A stretch of 63,311 bases of DNA, counting the filler, from Octopus bimaculoides (taxonomy: Eukaryota): assembly GCF_001194135.2 (NCBI RefSeq). It is 6 parts of 6 records of this genome, joined end to end, with 100 filler letters (N's around TTAATTAATTAA, not from the genome) between each part and the next. Parts side by side here need not be neighbours in the genome. Positions count along the whole stretch, not along the records: positions 1 to 22,955 come from NC_068983.1; positions 23,056 to 43,817 come from NC_068984.1; 4 more parts are not named here. The stretch is one strand, 5' to 3'. The number at the start of each line of letters is the position of its first letter. Positions within the stretch are counted from its first letter, which is position 1. Positions 12,927-23,910 of this stretch are shown in pieces. Below the pieces are notes generated by a model. That model was not told the origin of the DNA. It did no database searches and saw only the letters and a program-made list of their open reading frames with translations. The position numbers and the translations under genes are program-made.

Positions 12927-15900
12927 TGTTATAATCCTTAACTTGTTGGGTTCTTATAACACCCATTTCAGTATACAGTATACTTAGTAAAAGCAGTAAA
13001 GATATGACTATCTCTGACCACCTACTATGTACTCTCCTCTTAATAGTGACTTCTCATACCACTTGTCATGTGGGAGGGTTGTACCATTATTGCTAATTCT
13101 CTACATCATCTCTCCTTTTACGTTTTTCTTAGGAAGTGTCATTTTATTTAGCAATAATTTTTTTACTCACCCCACCTCCCTTTTTTGAGTTTTTTTTGTA
13201 CATTTTAATATTTTTTGCATTTGATATCTATTTTCAGGAACTCCATATGTTTTCTTTTCCTCTCACTTGTACGCCTGGGTTCAACCACCTGTAGTGGCAT
13301 TGGTATTTGGAGTGTATCGTACAACCATTCCATTGGTTCTTCCAACTTCTTTGGTTCGCTTTCCATGAATCTCTTTCTCAGTTGGTTCCTGTGTCACTTA
13401 TGTATGCCTTTCCTACTTTTTATCCAATACATCATTTTACCTATGCATTTGGTAATTATGCCATATTCTCAACTCTGCTTTCCATTCTTGCATGCCCTCA
13501 TATACACCTTTTCCCTAACTTTAAAGAATCGTGCTGTCTTCCCTGACACTTTTTCTTTTTTGCCAGATAGCAATTTATCAAAGACTGATTTTACTTTCAT
13601 TGCAAACATCAGCTTTGCTGGTGAGCTACCTGTTAGTGTATTCAGATTTGGTGTTACACAGTACACTCCTAAAAATTGTTCTAGAGCTACCTCATCCATG
13701 ACTTCTTTATTCGATTTTCTAAGGGCTCTTTTGAAGGTATTGACAAAGCATTATGGGATGGTATGGCGCTGTAGTTATATGTTCTACTGCAAACGTTTCA
13801 CAAAATTTTTAAAATTCGCTAGACACAAATTACGTTCCATTGACAGACACTATCTTGTCTGGGATGCCAAATCTTGCAAACAATTTTATCACAGTCGGGG
13901 AGGCTGGTTGTTTACACTTACAAATTTCAGGCCATTTCAAGAAACTATCAACCACCACTAAGTAGTAAAAATCATTTAAAGGACCAGCGAAATCGATGTG
14001 TAGTCTCGACTATGGAATATTTACTTTTGGCTAAGGTTCAATTTTTATAGTGGGCAATTTTGCTGCTAGAGCGCATTCTCTACAACATTTCACCAAATGT
14101 TTGATTTCTCTGCCCATTTACGGCCAGTATACATAACTGCTCATTAAAGCTTTAATCCTTGAAATACCAGGATGTCTAACGTGAAATCCTCTCAAAATTT
14201 TCTTTTGTAGTGTTGCCGGTGTCACTACTCTCAGTATGCCATCAAACATTGAGTATAGGTTCATGTCTTGGTTTTGTTTCACACCAAACCTGTTTCGATT
14301 TTCTTTTGTTGACCATGGTGTTCTTTTTATTTCCTTTATAAAATTATCTTTTACTGCATTCTTCTGACACTTGCAGTAGGGTTACATCCTGGTTTTGTTT
14401 CAGCTTTGCGAGAATTCTAGTTCTAACTTCTGTGTCCTTTTTGGCAATATGTCTATAGGAATCTTGCAGGCGTGAACTTTTCTAGCGGTGAAACAACGGT
14501 TTTGATCTGACAACAGTTAGATATGTCTCAGACGCCTTTAGCTAGGCCGAAGCGGTGTCTCCACCACTTGACCCTTTCTGACCTCTTCTACTCCATCTAG
14601 AATAGAGATAAACAAGACGGCCAGCTAAAGCCTTTGCACTCACTACCCTGCTTCATAGCTATAAAAACCGGAGACCTCCAAGCAAACTTCCTCTTTTTAG
14701 TCACCAGTGGTTACTTGACGACTCATGGAGAACGAAGCCTGGCTGACCAGCTACAACCTTGGCCAGAGGGAGAAAGAAGTTTACTGTCAGCCACTGAGAC
14801 AACGTCGCACACATTATAACTAATACGAGCTCACATCCTTTTCTCTTTAACACTACCATCTCTCTCTCTATATAAATACTACTATGAGAAAGTGTGCATA
14901 CAGATACAGGCAGAAATTCTTTACCTTGTATGCTTTACGTACAAACTGTTATACTATTACACTGGCCTACCCGTCGTGGTATGGCAACATATAAAGTAAC
15001 GGTAAATAAATATTTCTATAAAAATGTTGATCATCTTCATCGTTCATCTTATAACCAGTACAATTGGTAAATAATACTTATCGTTACAATGAGTGACACA
15101 TCGACTACACAACACAAAAAACATCAACCGTTACATGTCCATTTTAACATATTTGGCATTAATTCATCCAGCTCAAACTTCTCACATTCCCTGTTTACTC
15201 TACCAGCATATGTGATGTAGCCCTTATCATTGTTTTTCTCTATATTCAGACACTTCCAACGTGTGTTGAACAATGAGCCTTTTTCACTGAAAATTTTGCA
15301 CAATATATCTATTGTATCATTAAAGTTTATGTCTGAAGGTTTTCTTGTGGGTACATAATTACTGTATCGTTCATGTTCTATTGCTGCCAGTTTTCTCAAG
15401 ATCTAGTGCATTTTCATCTCGTCATCCTAATCTTTACAATCTTTCTTGAAGATTTGTTCATGTCTCCTGTCGTATGCTTCGAAGATAACTTCTTCGTCAG
15501 GCTCGTATTTGAACTCTGTTATGTAGTTCGCAACATACTCTGTTGAGAACATTTTTTCTTACTTTCCTGGCATTTTCAGTAATTGCAGCATTTGTTACTG
15601 TAATATTATTTGTTGTTGCACTTGCAGTTGTTTCTGCTGTTGTTGTTGTTGTTGGTGGTGGTGTTACTTAAGCTGTTGTTCTTGTAGTTGTTGTTGTTTT
15701 GCAACTCGAGCAAACAGGCCAAAAGATGTTCCATAATTTTACGAATATTTTCGTAAGTTTCACACAACAAAACTTTGTGAGTTTATTAACTCTACGTGAG
15801 TTGGTTTATCTTCGTTGAGTTTATTAATTCCTCATGAGTTGTTTAAATTTTCGTCACCACTGTTATAATCCTTTAAATGTTGTATTGTTATAATGCCCAA

Positions 15901-16030
15901 TTCAGTATACAGTTTACTTAGTAAGACCAGTAAAGACATGACTGTTTCTGACTGCTTACTATGTACTCTCCTATTTATAGTGACTTGTCACATGAACGGG
16001 GTGTACCCTTATTTCTAATTCCCTACAACA
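12927..16030 (-). mobile_element. Gypsy (K02A2.6-like) LTR retrotransposon, internally deleted, both LTRs present
   Basis: LTRs at 12927-13108 and 15861-16030 (TG...CA). 5-bp TSD ACATC at 12922-12926 and 16031-16035. PBS TGGTGACGA at 15851-15859 and PPT AAAAGGAGAGA at 13109-13119. Gag pieces at about 15120-15560 and 14350-14440; integrase at about 13470-14240 (HPGISRIK, RLHIDFAGP, TTAPYHP). Confidence 0.9.
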
Positions 16031-17219
16031 ACATCAGAAGGTGAAGATAGGTGTTGATTGCGATAGAATAAAATGAGGATATAAAATAAAATTACATTTC
16101 AGATAGGGTTAATCAAATAGGTGNNNNNNNNNNNNNNNNNNNNNNNNNNNNNNNNNNNNNNNNNNNNNNNNNNNNNNNNNNNNNNNNNNNNNNNNNNNNN
16201 NNNNNNNNNNNNNNNNNNNNNNNNNNNNNNNNNNNNNNNNNNNNNNNNNNNNNNNNNNNNNNNNNNNNNNNNNNNNNNNNNNNNNNNNNNNNNNNNNNNN
16301 NNNNNNNNNNNNNNNNNNNNNNNNNNNNNNNNNNNNNNNNNNNNNNNNNNNNNNNNNNNNNNNNNNNNNNNNNNNNNNNNNNNNNNNNNNNNNNNNNNNN
16401 NNNNNNNNNNNNNNNNNNNNNNNNNNNNNNNNNNNNNNNNNNNNNNNNNNNNNNNNNNNNNNNNNNNNNNNNNNNNNNNNNNNNNNNNNNNNNNNNNNNN
16501 NNNNNNNNNNNNNNNNNNNNNNNNNNNNNNNNNNNNNNNNNNNNNNNNNNNNNNNNNNNNNNNNNNNNNNNNNNNNNNNNNNNNNNNNNNNNNNNNNNNN
16601 NNNNNNNNNNNNNNNNNNNNNNNNNNNNNNNNNNNNNNNNNNNNNNNNNNNNNNNNNNNNNNNNNNNNNNNNNNNNNNNNNNNNNNNNNNNNNNNNNNNN
16701 NNNNNNNNNNNNNNNNNNNNNNNNNNNNNNNNTGAAGAAAATTCTGTTGCAGACTTATGATTAGAAAAATAAATTTCAAATTTTTTAAAGAACTGTTATA
16801 CTTCAGTTTTATTTACCATGGTGATCAAGTCTATAGCAGTTGCTCTCATCATATTTAAAGAAAATTATTAAAAACTTTATCTAACTGATACAGAAGGATT
16901 GTGTCGATATCACACTGAAGTGTATGTGTTGTAATATATTTGATATAAAACTTCTAGTGGTCTTCATTTCCAATATCAAATTACTGTTTTCTAAAATTAG
17001 TTTCTCCATATATCTTGTTTAATGCTGAAGTTATGGAGTTATTGCTCATAGAGAATGGTGACTTCTTGACAATTGAGCATTCATTTATTTAACCAGCTGA
17101 ATGTATAAATGTGTAACCAGTTGAGTATTCCACTAATATGTCTACCCTAAATACAATTTTCAGGCAGAACCAGAGAGAGATGATGTGACAAGACAACATC
17201 TTTCAATAACAGATACAAA

Positions 17220-17328
<109 letters not shown>

Positions 17329-17761
17329 AAGAGATGACCTCAGTACTGAACTGGAATGTAATTGATTGCAAATGAATGAAAGACAAAGTTGACCTTCTTA
17401 GCATTTGAACTTTGGTTGCAGATAGATGGAATAAATACTGCATTTGTAGAGAAGCTCTCATGTGATTATGCTTGTCAGGTATGAGTACCATTTCCTTATA
17501 ATGTTTATTTTCAGCAGATACCTGTCACACATATAACAAATATGCCCCACTCAGTGAACTGATGGGTTTTGACTGAGGCATACATATGCACTGTGCTTGT
17601 AATACTTACAACTTATATACTTACAATGTTGTACTGCTAGGTAAGGCCAAAAGTTACTTGCAGTTACAGAAATAAAATGCCCCATCATCTTTAATATTTG
17701 AAATGTCAATATTTTAAATCATTTTACTTAAAACAATAATAAAATGAACAAAAATAATTAC

Positions 17762-17887
17762 CAGAACCAGAAGAAATTCCGTTTGTATTATTTATGCGAA
17801 GTCTCCAACCGTTATCTGAATTTCTCATATTTTGAATATAATAACCACAAGTGTCATTCTTAAAATCACAACTTGCATTCCAGTGTC
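17762..17887 (-). CDS. Exon of tandem MAM-domain protein (N-terminal part of second visible MAM domain)
   Basis: 126 bp, phase 1-1, acceptor ttattttacattaacag and donor G|gtaatt. Encodes HWNASCDFKNDTCGYYIQNMRNSDNGWRLRINNTNGISSGS (CDF...CG..W) and joins both neighbouring exons in frame. Confidence 0.85.
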
Positions 17888-19146
17888 CTGTTAATGTAAA
17901 ATAATTGATTAAAGAATTTAATTATTTCCAAGTAAGTGTTCAGCAAATCAACAACTCATATTCTAAAGCACATTTTTTCACAATATTTTACCCAAAAGTT
18001 CCTTTCTTGAACAAAATATAGCCAAAGGATTGTAAGGTTGGTTAATTCATCCAGTTACCAGAGACATACTATAATGACACTAGACACTGTGGGCAGTTAA
18101 ATGGACTTGTAGCTCACTGCTGGTTGTTTTTATTTGTTTTGTACAGAGTTAATGGCTTGAGGTTTGAGTGTTGCCTCAAAGTTCTTAGAACCACTTTGAG
18201 TTTATCTCTAAATGATATAATACAAATCCAGAATTTCACAATTGTTTGAGTCTATCAAACACTTTGTTCAGTTCATATAGGAGCAATCACTGCATATTTT
18301 CAGAGGACCACAAACATATCTTTAACCAAAGCAAAACTCTGAGTAAAATATTTTTGACAGNNNNNNNNNNNNNNNNNNNNNNNNNNNNNNNNNNNNNNNN
18401 NNNNNNNNNNNNNNNNNNNNNNNNNNNNNNNNNNNNNNNNNNNNNNNNNNNNNNNNNNNNNNNNNNNNNNNNNNNNNNNNNNNNNNNNNNNTGTTTATTT
18501 AAGTAAATAATTTCTGTTCTTGCATTGACAACTCTAAATTTCCCAGTTTTAAGCTTTGATACAGAATGTGCAGGTGTGTAGTTCATGCAACATTTCATGC
18601 ATGCATGTACTATGGTGCTGTTGTTGGTTAGTCTCCAAGTCAGCCTGGATCAAGTAGATCTATGACCAAAAGCATTCCAAATATGACCATCTCATATTAT
18701 TAGGAATATGTAGAACCATATTATTCAGTATGTCCATTTTTTCTCAAGACAGGAGAATGTGATTTGAAAGAGATTTGGCTGTTGTTTGTAGTAAGTCCAG
18801 TAACCACATAGAGGCTCTCTTATTGGCTTCTATAGAATACAAGCCATAGTTTCCAAAAATTTATGAACCAGTGCGTAGGATACAATATATGTCAGTAAAA
18901 TAATCTATGAAATTTTAAAATTTGAAAACATAGAGAGAGGAAGTTGATTTCCTTATTCTTCTTATCCTGTTACTGAGTAAGATGAATGTTGCCATCAAAA
19001 ATATAAATCTATTTGGAATGGAGTAAACTTGTGTACATGTACACACACACTACTTCCCTCTCTTTCACATACAGGCAAATATGCATGTTAGCATATATGT
19101 TCGCCTAAACATAATTACTAAAACTAATTGTTAATAATATGTTATA

Positions 19147-20215
19147 ATGAAATCTTTCGAGCGAGATTGTTGCCAGTGCCCCTGGACTGGCTCTTGTGCG
19201 GGTGACACATGAAATGTTTTGAGCTGGACGGGATCATTGCCAGTGCCCCTGGACTGGCAATGTGCTGGCAACACATGAAATCTTTCGGAGCGGGATCGTT
19301 GCCGGCGCCCCTGGGTTGGCTCTTGTGCGGGCGACACATGAGGTTTTTCGAGCGAGATCATTGCCAGTGCCCCTGGACTGGCTCTTGTGCTGGTGACACA
19401 TGAAATTTCTCCGAGCGAGATCGTTGCCGGTGCCCCTGAACTGGCTCTTGTGCGGGCGACACATGAGGTTTCTCGAGCGAGANNNNNNNNNNNNNNNNNN
19501 NNNNNNNNNNNNNNNNNNNNNNNNNNNNNNNNNNNNNNNNNNNNNNNNNNNNNNNNNNNNNNNNNNNNNNNNNNNNNNNNNNNNNNNNNNNNNNNNNNNN
19601 NNNNNNNNNNNNNNNNNNNNNNNNNNNNNNNNNNNNNNNNNNNNNNNNNNNNNNNNNNNNNNNNNNNNNNNNNNNNNNNNNNNNNNNNNNNNNNNNNNNN
19701 NNNNNNNNNNNNNNNNNNNNNNNNNNNNNNNNNNNNNNNNNNNNNNNNNNNNNNNNNNNNNNNNNNNNNNNNNNNNNNNNNNNNNNNNNNNNNNNNNNNN
19801 NNNNNNNNNNNNNNNNNNNNNNNNNNNNNNNNNNNNNNNNNNNNNNNNNNNNNNNNNNNNNNNNNNNNNNNNNNNNNNNNNNNNNNNNNNNNNNNNNNNN
19901 NNNAATGAAATCTTTCGAGCGAGATTGTTGCCAGTGCCCCTGGACTGGCTCTTGTGCGGGTGGCACATAAAAGACACCATTTCGAGCGTGGCCGTTGCCA
20001 GTACCGCCTGACTGGCCTTCGTGCGGGTGACACGTAAAAGCACCCACCACACTCTCTGAGTGGTTGGCGTTAGGAAGGGCATCCAGCTGTAGAAACTCTG
20101 CCAAATTAGATTGGAGCCTGGTGTTGCCATCCGGTTTCACCAGTCCCCAGTCAAATCGTCCAACCCATGCTAGCATGGAAGGCGGACGTTAAACGATGAT
20201 GATGATGATGATGTT
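19147..20215 (+). repeat. 62-bp tandem array inside an (ATG)n-tail SINE
   Basis: Unit atgaaatctttcgagcgagattgttgccagtgcccctggactggctcttgtgcgggtgacac. Five full units and one partial precede the gap at 19483-19903, and two follow it, running into the SINE 3' end. Confidence 0.9.
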
Positions 20216-20235
20216 ATGGTATATTTCGCCCTTAC

Positions 20236-20330
20236 CTGAACAGCTATTTTCTGATATAGTCACATCATCAAGGGCAATGTCACTGTCAAAACCCTTTCCT
20301 TGGATAGCTTCAAATATGACTTCATGATGC
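20236..20330 (-). CDS. Exon of tandem MAM-domain protein (C-terminal end of first visible MAM domain)
   Basis: 95 bp, phase 2-1, acceptor ttttatttgtttatattaaag and donor CAG|gtaagg. Encodes HHEVIFEAIQGKGFDSDIALDDVTISENSCS, the classic MAM terminus (VIFEA..G....DIALDDV....C). Confidence 0.92.
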
Positions 20331-21064
20331 CTTTAATATAAACAAATAAAAAGAAAAGATTTAATAGCAAAAGAAATTGATGAAAAGCCACCTCAGTGTT
20401 AAACAGACTTTCTTCTATTTTTGTCATTTCTATGTTCTAAAATACATTAAAATTACAAGCGTATGTTGTTAAGGACATAACTGCAGTAGAGGATATTCTA
20501 ACAAATCTTACTTTCTGTATTACTAAACAATTAACAAAACATTAAATAAATATATCACATAATTTTTACTTACAGATAACGATTTTGAAGTCAAATTTGG
20601 CTAATGATAACTTGATTATGCTTACAAACATGCTAGTTTTTTAGGGTTAACCAAATGAAAAGCAAGACTGAATTTTAACCTTCAGTGTTATCTCAGTCAA
20701 TAAAAATATCTTGTGTAGAATTTTTTTCCTCACAGTAACTTCAAATTTATAGTTGCAATAAAGATGAAAGCATTAAAATGATATTTAAATGTAATCATCT
20801 CAACCACAAATGGGGTAAACTTTCAAATACTCGAACAAATGAAGGAAATTCTATGCAATAAGTCAACCAGCATGATATGTCAGGCAAATCACTTCTTGAA
20901 AAATAACACTTTGGATTATTTCTATTATATTAGAAATGTTCTGAAAAGCAGCTTTAACTAGAAACATTACATTGATGTTTGCTCGAAACTCAATGAGGAA
21001 ACATTATTTTGTTAACTTTTTTAATGCAATCCAAAATGTTTGTGAGTATATGTATGTATGTGTG

Positions 21065-21097
<33 letters not shown>

Positions 21098-22424
21098 TTT
21101 CCACTGCGATGTACAAATTATGTGTGTGGTACTCTAATACCAATCGGAATTGTGTTCATAAACAGCCAAAATGTGTTGTAAAGTCTTTGTAGTAGGTCAG
21201 CAACACTTTAACACTGCTTTACAAAGAGTCATTAACTAGTGAAAGCTCCTTTGTAGATTTTGAAAGTGATAAAATCTTCTTTATAGGGCAGAAACTAATC
21301 AAAATTACTTTGCAGAGAGTCACTACCTCCTCAATGCTGCTTAGCAGAAGATCAGCAATTCCCTAAAGCTCTTTTTTAGGGGACCAGAAACAGTTCAAAG
21401 ATGCTTTATTGGGTGTCAGTGACTATTTAAAGTTGCTTTTAGAAGTCAGGAAACGTCTTGAGCAGCTTCATAGTGGAGTAGTAACTATGTAAAGATGCTT
21501 TGCAGGGAATCAGAAAATGTTCAAAGTTGAGGTACTTTCTGATATTGGATATTTAATTGAAAACTCAACCTTGGCAGGCTCTCCCAGACTAGTGGGTTCG
21601 ATGCAGAGCATGTCCAGTTTGAACATTCTTAGGTTAGATGTCTCCAACTGAATGGTGAATAGCAGGTGATTTCAGTGGATGATACTCTAAATAAGAAGCA
21701 ATGGAGAAAAAAATTGTTTTGTGAGGGAGGTGAGATATATTGAAGACATTAGGAGGAAGAGAGATGTGTGGGTTACATAGATCAAATAGACCTAGATGGA
21801 AAGGATATGCAGCTAATTATTTTAGGAGAGTAGAAACTTTGAGATAGTTGTATTGTCAAGAATAAAGATTCATCAGTCATTGTGGTCAACAGTTTTTTTA
21901 GGGAAGGCTGGACATGACTGAACTGAGAAGAATTTAAGAAATAGTGGCCTATGTTGACAAAAGTTAAAGCAATAAGCAACAAAATCTAAAGTACTTTAAC
22001 ATTTGATTTGAGAGAAAGAAATATTTAAAAGTTTAGGCAGAAAACTACAGAAGATAATGTTAAGATATGAGAGATTAGTGTTTAAAATTGAAGGTAGTAG
22101 ATGGAAGCTGCTGCAAGAGTCGATAAGATGAGAAAAGAGGAAGGAAGGAAGATGAATAGAAGAGTGAAGGACAAGGGGGTTAAACAAAGAGAAAATATAT
22201 TGTTGAGCAGATGAAAGTTTCAGTGTCCGACAAAATACCTCATGGTGTTTTTTCTAGCTCTTTGCTTTCTGAAATCCTACTGAGGTCAACTTTGCCTTTC
22301 ATCCTTCCAGATTTGATAAATTAAAAGACCAGTCAGTACTAGGGTTGATACAATCTAGCTAATCCCTTTTCAAATTACTGGTCTTCTACCAAAATTAGCT
22401 TATTATTATTATTATAATTATGAA

Positions 22425-22620
22425 AGAATTGTCAGCATGCCGGGCGAAATGCTTAGCAGTATGTCATCTACTGTTACTTCCTGAGTTGAAATTCCACCAA
22501 GGTCGACTTGCCTTACATTCTTTTGGGGGTCGATTAATTAAGTACCAGTTGAGTACTGGTGTTGATATAATCGACTATCCTCCTCCCCAAAATTTAGGCC
22601 TTGTGCCTATAGTAGAAAGG

Positions 22621-22650
<30 letters not shown>
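22425..22650 (+). mobile_element. tRNA-derived CORE-type SINE with (ATT)n tail
   Basis: Head gcatgccgggcgaaatgcttagc and CORE-like gggtcgattaattaagtaccag; related copies at 46614 and 47163. Confidence 0.8.
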
Positions 22651-22653
<3 letters not shown>

Positions 22654-22955
22654 TAGTTTTATTTTTATAACGTGCTTTCACTTCACTACCGAGCGCAGCT
22701 CTGTGCGCCTTGGGTATGTGCTGTGGTTTGCTGTGGTGCTCTTATGTTTACTGTATTGAAAGTGTTTTGCGTAGAATGTGTGCAGTACCCAGTAGTGCAA
22801 TTTTCTGTATGTTATATATATTTGTAAGTCCTGGTGTTTTTGTTATGTATTTGTCTGAATATTTTTTTATTATACCTAAGGCACCTACTATGATAGGAAT
22901 TGTTTCTGTTTTTAGATTCCACATTCGAGTTATCTCTATTTCCAGGTCTTTGTAT
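22651..22955 (-). mobile_element. R4/Dong-type non-LTR retrotransposon 3' end
   Basis: Nearly identical to 54440-54848. Encodes an RLE C-terminus (LEI..MWNL....LLGTAHILRKTL) and ends in (TAA)n. Confidence 0.8.
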
Positions 22956-22999
22956 NNNNNNNNNNNNNNNNNNNNNNNNNNNNNNNNNNNNNNNNNNNN

Positions 23000-23011
23000 T
23001 TAATTAATTAA
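23000..23011. other. Artificial gap linker TTAATTAATTAA (also 43862-43873, 54893-54904, 57896-57907, 61183-61194)
   Basis: The same 12-mer sits inside five N-runs of about 100 bp and places stop codons in all six frames. Confidence 0.95.
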
Positions 23012-23114
23012 NNNNNNNNNNNNNNNNNNNNNNNNNNNNNNNNNNNNNNNNNNNNCATATTCAGTGTAATAATACACCTTTATAGGCCAATGAACTATGT
23101 GAAAATCATAGACA

Positions 23115-23345
23115 TTCAAGCGACATTCAAGTGTGGCTGTTGCCAGTACCGCCTGACTGGCCTTTGTGCCAGTGGCACGTAAAAGCACCCACTACACTCT
23201 CGGAGTGGTTGGCATTAGGAAGGGCATCCAGCTGTAGAAACTCTGCCAAATCAGATTGGAGCCTGGTGTAGCCACCTGGTTCACCAGTCCTCAGTCAAAT
23301 CGTCCAACCCATGCTAGCATGGAAAGTGAATGTTAAATGATGATG
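23115..23345 (+). mobile_element. SINE, (ATG)n-tail family, single internal unit
   Basis: gttgccagtaccgcctgactggc...ggcacgtaaaagcacc followed by the family 3' end. Confidence 0.8.
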
Positions 23346-23444
23346 AAAGAGTTATTAGCAATTAAAGTTTGCAAATTTGGGTATTTTTAGCCAATTGTAA
23401 GCTACAGACCCATTCATGCTCATTTCCTTAGTAACAAGTGGAAC

Positions 23445-23910
23445 ATGAGAACTCTTTTGTCTGTGAGAAAGCATGTGCCTGTTTCAGTCTGGTTTTGTAT
23501 TGAAGAACTGGGGATGAGCCATTGCACAGCCATTGATTATAACAACTATGTTAGAGAAATATTTGCAGAGGACTTGCTCCTGATCCAATTCAAGTTGGTG
23601 GTCTTGGGAAGATTGTTGAGATTGACGAAACAGTCTTCTCAAGACATAAGTACAACCGAAGAAGGATCCTACCTGAGCAGTGGGTTTTTGGAGGAGTGTG
23701 TTGTAAGACCAGGTTTTTCTGTATACAATGCCCTGTTGGAATCGTGACACACTGGAAGAATGCATATGTCACTCGATTCTTCCAGGAGCCACAATTTTCA
23801 GAGATTTGTGGAGAGTGTACTCTCACATTCCTGAAGTTGATAGTTACAATTTTGAGCATAGAACAGTGAACCACAGCATTGGGTTTGTTAACCTGAATGA
23901 TGGTCGCATT
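23445..23910 (+). mobile_element. Merlin (IS1595-like) transposase remnant
   Basis: Manual translation across frameshifts gives KIVEIDETVFSRHKYNRRRILPEQWVFGG and ILPGATIFRDLW...HRTVNHS, matching Merlin EIDE, W.FGG, SD.W and TVNHS motifs. Confidence 0.8.

Noticed and set aside
13215-13961. 248-aa plus-strand ORF
   Set aside because: It is the antisense shadow of the decayed Gypsy integrase.
19147-20050. CRISPR-like appearance of the palindromic 62-bp array
   Set aside because: Units are contiguous with no unique spacers, there are no cas genes, and the unit is part of a eukaryotic SINE.
21500-22200. Possible LINE remnant (also 24330-25250)
   Set aside because: Composition is suggestive but no diagnostic motif could be read with confidence.
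23000-23011. Recurring TTAATTAATTAA as a biological motif
   Set aside because: It sits in the middle of N-runs (44 N on each side at this site) and is an assembly spacer.
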